Virus record (IMG/VR): IMGVR_UViG_3300033565_000090
Coordinates: 1-62,347 of that record
Length of the DNA: 62,347 nt
From: a virus
Lineage: Duplodnaviria; Caudoviricetes
Strand: one strand, 5' to 3'
Position numbers and translations under genes: made by a program. The notes beneath the pieces were generated by a model, which was not told where the DNA came from, made no database searches, and worked only from the letters and a program-made list of their open reading frames with translations. The stretch's first letter is position 1. The number at the start of each line of letters is the position of its first letter. This document shows, one piece after another, positions 54,923-62,347 of the stretch.

Positions 54923-56221
54923 ATGAGAATCCTGCGTCTGGAAGCTGAGAACTTCAAGCGCCTGCAGGCCGTGGACATCACCCCCACCGGCAACCTGGTG
55001 CCCATCACCGGCAAGAACGCCAACGGCAAGAGCTCCGTGCTGGATGCGATCTGGGCCGCCCTGGGTGGGGCCACGCACCTCCAGGCCGAGCCCATCCGCA
55101 AGGGCGCCACCAAGGCCCGGATCAAGCTGGACCTGGGAGAGCTCGTCGTCACCCGCAACATCACCGAGAAGGGCTCCACCCTCACGGTCGAGAACGCCGA
55201 AGGCCTATCCTACAAGGCGCCCCAGCGGATGCTGGACGACCTGGTGGGGGCCCTGGCCTTCGACCCCCTGGCCTTCACCCGCATGAAGCCCCGTGAGCAG
55301 TTCGACCAACTCCGCGCCGTCGCCAAGGTGGACCTGGACCTCGACAAGCTGGACGCCCAGAACAAGACCGACTTCGAGCGGCGCACCGAGATCAACCGCG
55401 AGGCGAAGCAGCTTCGCGCTCAGATCGAAGGCATCACCGTATCCGAAGTCGTGGCCCCAGAGGTGGACGTGGACGCCCTGCTGGCGGAACAGCAGCGCAT
55501 CAGCGAGGCCAACACCCAGGCCCGCCTCGCCCACCAGGAGCGCCTGCGCAAGGAAGGGGAATTGTCCCGGCTCCAGGCTCTTATCGAAGACATCCGGGCC
55601 CGCTTCAACGACACCAAGCAGAAGATCGATGCCCTCACCCAGGAACTGGCGGATGAACCCGTGGTGGACCAATCCGCCTTCGAGGCCCAGATGCTCGAGA
55701 TCACCGACAAGATCCGGGATGCCCAGGCCCAGGCCGAGGCCGCCGCGCTGGCCCGCCAGCAGGCCTCCCGGGTGTCTGACCTCGAGGCCCGCGCCGAGAG
55801 CACCGAGGCCAAGGCCCAGGCACTCACCGAGGCCATGGAAGCCCGCACCAAGGTCAAGATGGACGCCATCGCCGCCGCCAAGATCCCCGTTCCTGGGCTT
55901 TCTTTCGGCGAGGGGGTGGTCCTCTTCAACGGCGTGCCCTTCGACCAGGCCTCCAGCGCGGAGCAGCTCCGGGTGAGCGTGAGCATCGCCATGGCCGCCA
56001 ACCCCAAGCTGCGCGTCATCCGGATCACGGACGGTTCCCTCCTGGACGAGGACAGCATGGCGATGCTCGGCGACATGGCCCGGGAAGGCGACTACCAGGT
56101 GTGGGTGGAGGTGGTGGATTCCACCGGCAAGGTCGGCGTCGTCATCCATGACGGCATGGTGGTGGCCGACAATCAGGCCCAGCCCAGCCCCTCCCAGAGC
56201 ACCGTCGCCGGGCTGGAGTAG
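54923..56221 (+). CDS. SMC/SbcC-like ATPase
   Basis: LEAENFKRL, Walker A GKNANGKSS, long coiled coil, QASSAEQ signature, ITDGSLLD. Confidence 0.88.
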   Translation: MRILRLEAENFKRLQAVDITPTGNLVPITGKNANGKSSVLDAIWAALGGATHLQAEPIRKGATKARIKLDLGELVVTRNITEKGSTLTVENAEGLSYKAPQRMLDDLVGALAFDPLAFTRMKPREQFDQLRAVAKVDLDLDKLDAQNKTDFERRTEINREAKQLRAQIEGITVSEVVAPEVDVDALLAEQQRISEANTQARLAHQERLRKEGELSRLQALIEDIRARFNDTKQKIDALTQELADEPVVDQSAFEAQMLEITDKIRDAQAQAEAAALARQQASRVSDLEARAESTEAKAQALTEAMEARTKVKMDAIAAAKIPVPGLSFGEGVVLFNGVPFDQASSAEQLRVSVSIAMAANPKLRVIRITDGSLLDEDSMAMLGDMAREGDYQVWVEVVDSTGKVGVVIHDGMVVADNQAQPSPSQSTVAGLE

Positions 56222-56224
56222 GCC

Positions 56225-56470
56225 GTGACCACACACCACTTCCTCAAACTCCACCCCAGTTTCTTCGTGCCCAAGCTCAACGGGCTGAAGCCCTGGGAGA
56301 TCCGATCCACCAGGGACCGGACCTTCGAGGTGGGCGACAAGGTGGACTTCATCGAGTTCATCGATGACAAACCCACCGGGCGGACCATCACCCAGAGAAC
56401 CATCACCTACGTTCTGGACGGCTGGCACGAACTCATGCTGCCCACGACCTGCATTTTCACTCACGACTGA
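56225..56470 (+). CDS. DUF3850/ASCH-like protein
   Basis: HFLKLHPSFF..KLNGLKPWEIR..DRTFEVGD..FIEF..TGR. Confidence 0.8.
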   Translation: MTTHHFLKLHPSFFVPKLNGLKPWEIRSTRDRTFEVGDKVDFIEFIDDKPTGRTITQRTITYVLDGWHELMLPTTCIFTHD

Positions 56471-56504
56471 ACCGCCGCCCGTGCGCGGCCCTAAGGAGGC
56501 CTCA

Positions 56505-56870
56505 ATGGCACAAACCCCAACCGAAATCACCCTGGCGAACCTCGCCGGGGGCGCCCTCATGGAGTGCGCGACCGCGGAACTCCGCCGCATCTGCGAGAAC
56601 ATCCAGGATCCCAACGTCAAGGCCGATGCCAAGCGGAAGCTCAAGATCGAGATCCTGCTGGAGCCGGATGAGACCCGCCAGATGGTGAAGGTCACCTACC
56701 AGGTGCAGGCCGCGATCCCCGGCCCTGACGCTGGCAAGACCGTGGCGATTGTCGCCATGGACCCCACCAACAACACCTTGACCCTGTTCGAGGCCTACAC
56801 CCAGCAGTCCCTGTTCCCCCAGGAGGAGCAGCCAGGCGTGATGCCCCTCGCCGCTGCAGCCCGCGCCTGA
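56505..56870 (+). CDS. Conserved phage protein (often labelled replication terminator protein)
   Basis: LAGGALME...ENIQDPN..ADAKRKLKI; AAGGAGG SD. Confidence 0.65.
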   Translation: MAQTPTEITLANLAGGALMECATAELRRICENIQDPNVKADAKRKLKIEILLEPDETRQMVKVTYQVQAAIPGPDAGKTVAIVAMDPTNNTLTLFEAYTQQSLFPQEEQPGVMPLAAAARA

Positions 56871-56913
56871 ACCCTCCCACCTAACCGCTTCACCCCATAA
56901 AGGAACCACCACC

Positions 56914-57666
56914 ATGAACGACATCACCGCCGAGACCATGCAGAAGGTGCTGGACATCTCTCGGCCCGAGATCAAGACCATCACGGACGCCAGGGGTAGA
57001 ACCGGTATCTTCTCGATCACCCACCGGGGCGTCACAGAGGTGCAGGCCGCCCCGCCCTCCACCGCCCCCATGGTCGAGGTCACCACCCTCGCCGGGCTGG
57101 CTGATCTGGTCCGGGCCAACCTGGACGACATGGATTTCCATGCCCGCTACCTGCTGCACATCGAGGACGAGAACACCGTGTCCCTGATTCAGCGCGAAGC
57201 TGACGAATACGGCCGCCGCGTCACCCTGGTAAAGGCTACCCCGGTGCCCTTCGATCAGTTCCGGTTTGGACAGTGGCACGACCAGGAGGCCTTCGCCATT
57301 GGCTTGGCCTCCCGCTTCGCCGAGAGCGAGGACAAGGCCTACGTGCTCAACCTCGCCTCCAGCCTCACCAACGAGGCCACCAGCAACGTGGAGGACAACG
57401 GGTTCACCCAGAAGGCCACCGTCAAGGCTGGCCTCGCACACAAGCAGGTCACCGTCATCAAGCCGGTGGTCGCCCTGGCCCCCTTCCGCACCTTCCCCGA
57501 GGTGGCGCAGCCGGTGAGCCAGTTCGTGTTCCGCGCCCGCACCGAGGGCAACACCCCCGCGCTCATGTTGGTGGAAGCCGATGGTGGCCGCTGGAAGGTG
57601 GATGCCATCGCCACCATCAAGGCCGCCTTGGAAGCCTTCGCCCTCGACATCCCGATCATCGCCTGA
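56914..57666 (+). CDS. Conserved phage protein, usual partner of the upstream gene
   Basis: DNGFTQKATVKAG, LAPFRTFPEVAQPVSQFVFR and EADGGRWK motifs. Confidence 0.7.
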   Translation: MNDITAETMQKVLDISRPEIKTITDARGRTGIFSITHRGVTEVQAAPPSTAPMVEVTTLAGLADLVRANLDDMDFHARYLLHIEDENTVSLIQREADEYGRRVTLVKATPVPFDQFRFGQWHDQEAFAIGLASRFAESEDKAYVLNLASSLTNEATSNVEDNGFTQKATVKAGLAHKQVTVIKPVVALAPFRTFPEVAQPVSQFVFRARTEGNTPALMLVEADGGRWKVDAIATIKAALEAFALDIPIIA

Positions 57667-57678
57667 GGCCCCATCCCC

Positions 57679-58332
57679 ATGAAACAGACCGTTCTCTATC
57701 TCTACGCCTTGCTCGATAAGGCTGGAAAGTCGAGAGGAACCTGCACCGCTACCAGCGTTACCCAGGCGCGCCAGGTTCTTCTTCGGGCCCGGCGCGGGGC
57801 CAAGTTTCCGCCCGGGTATTACATCGTGCGGCGTGGGCCCGCACCCGTACCCGAGGTTTGCGCCCCCCCCAGGGACAAGGTGAAGGATCTGCTGACGGAG
57901 GCCCACGCCTCCCTGAAGGCCGCCAACACCGAGAACCAGGAACTGCGGCGCAAGCTGGACGTGACCGACGAAATCCTGGTGAAGACCCTGGATGGCCGGG
58001 ACTACCTCCGCGCCCGGGTGGATGAACTCCGCAAGGAGCGCCACTACCTGAAGGAATTCAAGGAGGCCCAGAACCGCACCATCGCCCGCATGACCGAGGC
58101 CAACAGGGATCGGATCAAGCGAGAGGCCGAGGAGATCGTGGCCACCTTACTTTCCTCCCAGGCCGCCCACATCGAGCGCCAGCTTGAGGGCCTTTTGGAC
58201 GACCGGCGCGCTGCAGGTATCCCCCAGCTTCCCATCGACCACGCCCCCATGAGCGTAGCCGTGGACATCCTGCGTCTCCTGGCGCAGGAGTATTGCCCCA
58301 CCAACCCCAAGCCGAAGGGGGAGAAGGCATGA
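57679..58332 (+). CDS. Coiled-coil hypothetical protein
   Basis: 217-aa ORF, co-oriented. Confidence 0.55.
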   Translation: MKQTVLYLYALLDKAGKSRGTCTATSVTQARQVLLRARRGAKFPPGYYIVRRGPAPVPEVCAPPRDKVKDLLTEAHASLKAANTENQELRRKLDVTDEILVKTLDGRDYLRARVDELRKERHYLKEFKEAQNRTIARMTEANRDRIKREAEEIVATLLSSQAAHIERQLEGLLDDRRAAGIPQLPIDHAPMSVAVDILRLLAQEYCPTNPKPKGEKA

Positions 58333-58595
58333 ACCCCACACCCAAGACCATGCCCGAGCGCGTTCTGTTCACGCGCAAGCGGTGGGGGTGGTCGCAGTAC
58401 AAGCTGGCCGCCGTCCTCCACTGCAACCAGGGGAGTGTGTCTTTCTGGGAATCCGGGAAGGTGTGCCCCAATGGCGCCGCCCTCGTGGCCCTGGCCGCCC
58501 TGATGGGCTGCACCGTGGAGGCCCTGGAGACCGGCAAGGGCTTCGAGATACCCGGCGCCCCGGCCCTGCTCCCCTGCTTCACCCAGAAGGATTGA
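58329..58595 (+). CDS. XRE-family HTH protein
   Basis: RKRWGWSQYKLAAVLHCNQGSVSFWESG..P. Confidence 0.8.
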   Translation: MNPTPKTMPERVLFTRKRWGWSQYKLAAVLHCNQGSVSFWESGKVCPNGAALVALAALMGCTVEALETGKGFEIPGAPALLPCFTQKD

Positions 58596-58601
58596 ACCGC
58601 C

Positions 58602-58850
58602 ATGACGAAACGCGCACCCGTCCGTGAAGGCCACGCCTACCGCAATGGCGCCGGTCAGATCCGGCAGGTGCTCAAGGTGAACCCCGACTTCGGGAAGCTC
58701 ACCTTCGAAGTGCTCGACCCGGGGCCCGATGGTCCCATGAAGTCGTCCCTGCACGTCCGAGGCTACGTGGGGACATTGCTCATCCGGAGCTTCCAGGCCT
58801 GGGCGGTCTGCGAGGTTCCGCTTTCCAAAGGAAGGAAAGCGAAGAAATGA
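58602..58850 (+). CDS. Hypothetical protein
   Basis: 82-aa ORF; ATGA coupling downstream. Confidence 0.6.
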   Translation: MTKRAPVREGHAYRNGAGQIRQVLKVNPDFGKLTFEVLDPGPDGPMKSSLHVRGYVGTLLIRSFQAWAVCEVPLSKGRKAKK

Positions 58851-59359
58851 CGCCCGAACGGTTTGCGGCTCTCTTTGAAGAGTCCATCGAGAAGTGCCGC
58901 CGCATGGCGGTGGTGAAGGGAGGCGAGTACGCCCCGGGCGGCGACCGTCTTGCCAATTTCAAAACCAACGGAGAGATGCTGGGCCTTCCTCCGCTGGCAA
59001 TCTGGGCCGTCTACACCGGCAAGCACTGGGATTCCATCCGGACCTTCGTAAAGGATCTCTGCGAGAAGAAGGACCGTGAGAGGTCCGAACCCATCGAAGG
59101 CCGCCTTGTTGACCTGATCGTGTATGGATTCCTGGGGCTGGGCCTGCTGGAAGATCTTGAGGCAAGGCCCGAGCCTGCCCGCCCGACCATCGCCGAGATC
59201 GAGAACGACGCCATCATGCGCGTGATCCACGCCCTGTCCTCCGACGATCCCGAGGCGGTGGTCATCACCGAAGATCCCGACGCGGATATCCCCAGGCTGA
59301 AGTGGTACCCCAAGGCCATGATGGCGCTCTGGGAGAGGATCAAGGTCAAAGAGCCATGA
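58847..59359 (+). CDS. All-alpha NTP pyrophosphatase-like (DUF1599/MazG-related) protein
   Basis: KGGEYA..DRLANFK, KHWDSI and EPIEGRLVDLIVY motifs. Confidence 0.65.
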   Translation: MTPERFAALFEESIEKCRRMAVVKGGEYAPGGDRLANFKTNGEMLGLPPLAIWAVYTGKHWDSIRTFVKDLCEKKDRERSEPIEGRLVDLIVYGFLGLGLLEDLEARPEPARPTIAEIENDAIMRVIHALSSDDPEAVVITEDPDADIPRLKWYPKAMMALWERIKVKEP

Positions 59360-59631
59360 TCGACATCAGCCCCGCAGCCCTGAGCGCAGTAGCCGCCTAT
59401 GCTGCTGGGCTCCAGCAGAGACGGGCCATGGAAGCCGAGATGACCATTTCCGTCGCCACTCTCTATGGGTTCGGCGTGGTTGGCCCGACCTTGTACCCCG
59501 GAAGGCTCACGACCATCATGGGCCTCCGGGTGGTTGACCCCTGTTCCTACTGCGGTCGAACCCACCAATCCGCACATCACCGAACCTGCGACGGCTGCGG
59601 CGCGCCAATAAAATCCCGGAGCAAGCCATGA
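59356..59631 (+). CDS. Zn-finger protein
   Basis: CSYCG...CDGCGAP. Confidence 0.6.
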   Translation: MIDISPAALSAVAAYAAGLQQRRAMEAEMTISVATLYGFGVVGPTLYPGRLTTIMGLRVVDPCSYCGRTHQSAHHRTCDGCGAPIKSRSKP

Positions 59632-59951
59632 CGACCCTAACCATCAACCACGACACCAGGCGCCTCAGGACCGTCTCAGACGCAGAACTGTGCGCCTACA
59701 TCGACGGGTGCATGACCAAGGCTTATGCCATGGCTCGGGCCAACTACCGCGAGGAGATGCAGGAGATGTTAGAAGCCCAGGTCAGGAACATGCCCAATGG
59801 CCTGACGCTCCGCCTCCCGTTGCCGGTAAAGGATGTGGCCTACATCGGCAATACGAGGCGGGGAGAGACCACCGAGCGCATGTCCTGCGTGGAGTTCACC
59901 GCAGATCACGTCCGCGCCTTCAGCCACTTCATGACCGGCACGAGGGCGTAG
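59628..59951 (+). CDS. Hypothetical protein
   Basis: ATGA-coupled ORF. Confidence 0.55.
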   Translation: MTTLTINHDTRRLRTVSDAELCAYIDGCMTKAYAMARANYREEMQEMLEAQVRNMPNGLTLRLPLPVKDVAYIGNTRRGETTERMSCVEFTADHVRAFSHFMTGTRA

Positions 59952-59999
59952 CTGCACACCCCCAACCTGTAAGCCCCACTTACAACTTCGAGGATTCCC

Positions 60000-60413
60000 A
60001 TGAACGCGAAAGAACTGGCCGCCTGCCTGAACGGCAGGGAATACGGCAACGAGATATTGAAGGAAGAGGAGGCCATGGCGAAGGCGAATGGCCTCGTGGT
60101 TGCCTTCGGCTACTCCGACGACAACCTGGAGCTGCGCGGCGCTGTGAATGAGGAGATCGGCGCATGGAATGGCCAGACAGTCCATTTCACCAAGGGGGGC
60201 CTTCTCGAAAACGACTGCGACAACAACCATTGCCCTCACTTCCAGAAGCTGAAGGAGGCGGCCACGCCCCTTGAGATCGAATGGCACGATGGCGGTTCAG
60301 GCCCCTCCTGGACCTTCGAGACCACCATCCCTCACGAGGTGTTCGAGGTCATGGAGGACGGAGAAGTCTACTGCCGGGGCATCGTGTTCGCCCTGGCGGA
60401 TGTTCCGGCGTAG
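60000..60413 (+). CDS. Conserved phage hypothetical protein
   Basis: LNGREY, GLVVAFGYSDD..ELRGA and YCRGIVF motifs. Confidence 0.75.
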   Translation: MNAKELAACLNGREYGNEILKEEEAMAKANGLVVAFGYSDDNLELRGAVNEEIGAWNGQTVHFTKGGLLENDCDNNHCPHFQKLKEAATPLEIEWHDGGSGPSWTFETTIPHEVFEVMEDGEVYCRGIVFALADVPA

Positions 60414-60418
60414 CTGCT

Positions 60419-60679
60419 ATGCGCCTGATCCGAGTACCCCGATGGAAGTGTGATTGGTGCGGGAAGACCGCCAGCAGGAAGAAGTCCACCGAGAACCACG
60501 AAGCCACATGCTTCTCGAATCCGGCACGGCGAGCCTGCAAAACATGCAAGCATGACCACAAGAAGCCGGATCCAGAGGATTGCTACTGTGACCACCCTGA
60601 CGGCGATGACCTCAGGCCGTGGGGAAACGGCGGCCTGACCTGCCGGGCGAACTGTCCGAGCTGGGAACCGAAGGGCTGA
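60419..60679 (+). CDS. Cys-rich Zn-binding protein
   Basis: CDWCGK..HEATCFSNP..ACKTCKH. Confidence 0.65.
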   Translation: MRLIRVPRWKCDWCGKTASRKKSTENHEATCFSNPARRACKTCKHDHKKPDPEDCYCDHPDGDDLRPWGNGGLTCRANCPSWEPKG

Positions 60680-60697
60680 ACCGCCCCAACACGAAGG

Positions 60698-60720
60698 AAG
60701 GCCCCCAACTCGGGGGCCTT
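60698..60720. terminator. Hairpin between convergent early genes and integrase
   Basis: AAGGCCCCC-AACTC-GGGGGCCTT. Confidence 0.65.
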
Positions 60721-60722
60721 AT

Positions 60723-62030
60723 TCATCCCAGCCACTCCGCGATCTGGGTGCCAATGGCCTCGGCGGTGTCCTTCAATGGGTTGGTGCCTACCCGCGTGTA
60801 GATCTGGGTCACCGATCCCGCGGCGTGCCCCAGCAGGGCCGACATGAAGAGCTCCGGGAAACCCATGTCGGCGCCCACGCTCGAGAAGGTGCGCCGGAGA
60901 TCGTGGAGGGTGACATCGCTGATGCTGACGGGAGATTCCTTGCCCCGGGCCTTCTTCCGCTCCCGGCGCGCCAGTTCCGTCACCGTGGCCCGGATCCGCT
61001 CCCAGGCATCGATGTCCACCAGGTGCTCCCCATGCACCGCCCCCTGGAGCACGTAGGGATTCGGGTGCTTCGCCTTCGCCTTGTCGTTCCGTGGCAGGGC
61101 CTTGAGTACCGCCAAGGCCGCTTGGCCGAGGTAGACTACCCGGGCCTTGCCACTCTTCTTCCCGGTCTTGTGGGCCTCCGGGGGGATGGTCACGATCCCG
61201 GCCTTCAGATCCACCCAGGCCCACTCCAGCCCCATGACCTCCCCGGGCCGGAAGCCCGCCAGCAGCAGCAGGCGAATCCCGGCCAGCGCGAAGGGGGATT
61301 CGGACACGATGTCCCCGGGCTCCCACCCCACCTGGAGCGTTCCCTTGGCGGCCTCCACCAGGCGCAGCACCTTCCCCAGGGCCCGGATCTCCCGCTCCAC
61401 CAAGCGCCGGTCGCGCTTCTTCTCCGGCGCCCGGTCCTGCCCCTTGCACGGGTTGGTCCCAGGATCCCGCATCTGCCAAAGCTCCGCCTTGGCGAACATC
61501 TTGGAGAGCACGGCGCGGGTGCGGTTCGCCTGCACCGGGGTAGCCTTCCGGACCTCCCCCAGGAGGGAGGCCACCTCGGACGTGCCCACCTCCCGCACCT
61601 GGCGCTTGCCCAGCGCCGGGAGAATGATCGCGTTCAGGATCCTCGTCGCGTCCCGCAGCTGGTAGGCCCCGTTGTTCACCTTGACGTGCTCCTCGAGGTA
61701 GCGGGTCGCCAGATCCGAGATGGTCTTGTCGGCCTCCTTCGCCTCGCGCAATTGCTGGGCCGGGTCCACCCCATGGGCCAGGTCGCCCTTGTGCTTCCGG
61801 GCGATGTTCCGGGCCTGTTCCAGGGTGATGTCCCCAAAGCGACCGATCTTGATCCATCCCTTCTTCCCCAAGCGCGTCCGGTACTGGAGGGCGAAGGTCT
61901 TCACCCCCGCGGGTGTCACCCTCACGCAGAGCCCAACGACCCCTACCCCCTTCACCACCTCATCGGATACCTTGTAAGGTGCCTCCGCGGGGGCCATCTC
62001 CATCAGGAGTTTCTTTGTCAGGTGCGGCAT
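60723..62030 (-). CDS. int: Tyrosine integrase with N-terminal arm-binding domain
   Basis: GLCVRV..AGVKTF arm domain, AGFRPGE, HDLRRT, LLGH and TQIY catalytic residues; GGAGG SD before MPHLTKK. Confidence 0.95.
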   Translation of the reverse strand: MPHLTKKLLMEMAPAEAPYKVSDEVVKGVGVVGLCVRVTPAGVKTFALQYRTRLGKKGWIKIGRFGDITLEQARNIARKHKGDLAHGVDPAQQLREAKEADKTISDLATRYLEEHVKVNNGAYQLRDATRILNAIILPALGKRQVREVGTSEVASLLGEVRKATPVQANRTRAVLSKMFAKAELWQMRDPGTNPCKGQDRAPEKKRDRRLVEREIRALGKVLRLVEAAKGTLQVGWEPGDIVSESPFALAGIRLLLLAGFRPGEVMGLEWAWVDLKAGIVTIPPEAHKTGKKSGKARVVYLGQAALAVLKALPRNDKAKAKHPNPYVLQGAVHGEHLVDIDAWERIRATVTELARRERKKARGKESPVSISDVTLHDLRRTFSSVGADMGFPELFMSALLGHAAGSVTQIYTRVGTNPLKDTAEAIGTQIAEWLG

Positions 62031-62034
62031 CCCA

Positions 62035-62064
62035 GTGCCTCCGTCGTGCCTCCACAGTGCCTCC
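62035..62064. repeat. Three GTGCCTCC direct repeats, probable integrase arm sites
   Basis: Copies at 62035, 62046 and 62057 (11-bp period) between the int start and the att core. Confidence 0.7.
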
Positions 62065-62182
62065 ACTGTGCGAATGATGTAGCCATACACCACAATACTA
62101 GACAGCACGAAAAGCCGCGCCACTCAATCAATCGAATTTGCAAGTATAGCCAGATGGATACTTACGCAACCAAGGAAAAGGT

Positions 62183-62227
62183 CTCATAATCCTTAGGTCG
62201 GCGGTTCGAATCCGCCTCCAGCCACCA
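62183..62227 (+). other. att core: 3' half of a tRNA with CAT anticodon (Met-like)
   Basis: CTCATAATCCTTAGGTCGGCGGTTCGAATCCGCCTCCAGCCACCA has anticodon loop, T arm and CCA, with no 5' half upstream. Confidence 0.88.
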
Positions 62228-62242
62228 GTGAATGCAACATTT

Positions 62243-62270
62243 AGCGTCACTCTCGCGAGTGGCGTTTTTT
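62243..62270 (+). terminator. Terminator after the tRNA fragment
   Basis: GCGTCACTC-TCGC-GAGTGGCGT followed by a T run. Confidence 0.75.
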
Positions 62271-62347
62271 GTTTTTGTACAAATTAGCGACAACGCCTCC
62301 GATTCCGGCGGGAAATTGGGGACCCAGCGGAAGCGGCCGGAGCCCAT

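Larger units (their letters stand above)
1..62227. mobile_element. Temperate podovirus-like prophage; right end at tRNA-derived att site, left end probably outside the window
   Basis: Full set of phage modules (terminase, portal, capsid, ejection proteins, lysis, repressors, replication, integrase next to a tRNA 3' fragment). No tape-measure or tail-tube genes seen. Confidence 0.93.

Noticed and set aside
4627-56225. General TAG recoding, suggested by many TAG-ended genes in frame with the next gene (4631, 5720, 23394, 27112, 32539, 34715, 36716, 56221)
   Set aside because: Most downstream genes have their own SD and plausible length, TGA/TAA junctions show a similar in-frame tendency, and no suppressor tRNA is present. 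Only the adaptor junction is kept as a finding.
1539-62189. Long antisense ORFs (e.g. 1539-3182, 16158-17771, 38001-40334, 55205-56695, 60825-62189)
   Set aside because: They shadow well-supported genes on the opposite strand, as expected in high-GC DNA, and show no motifs.
62183-62227. Complete tRNA gene
   Set aside because: Only the anticodon loop to CCA is present; there is no D arm or 5' acceptor strand upstream.

Overview
Almost the whole window is one high-GC temperate phage with podovirus-type morphogenesis genes. It ends at a tyrosine integrase and a 3' tRNA(CAT) fragment that looks like attR (or attP); the left end is not in the window. From left to right: (i) a leftward recombination/replication operon (YqaJ exonuclease, putative annealing protein, RusA, initiator with internal iterons, DnaB, small HTH proteins); (ii) a divergent DUF927 helicase; (iii) a long leftward late operon (HU, Tad2/DUF2829, terminases, portal, scaffold, capsid, adaptors, tail, ejection proteins, a 4106-aa DarB-like polyvalent protein, lysis genes); (iv) a 1.7-kb structured non-coding region; (v) rightward early genes, an immunity region with three XRE regulators, more early genes and the integrase. 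The most unusual signals are: a module downstream of the repressors encoding a secreted PCPPYC protein, a multipass membrane protein and a histidine-kinase-like protein lacking ATP-binding motifs (candidate phage signalling system); an apparently intact GGDEF (SGDEF) domain inside the probably virion-injected DarB-like protein; the same 11-bp iteron array inside the initiator gene and upstream of the late operon; structural genes split by inserted domains; and a lysis gene that may be a spanin with a C-terminal beta-strand anchor. All family calls come from motif recognition by eye; no searches were run.
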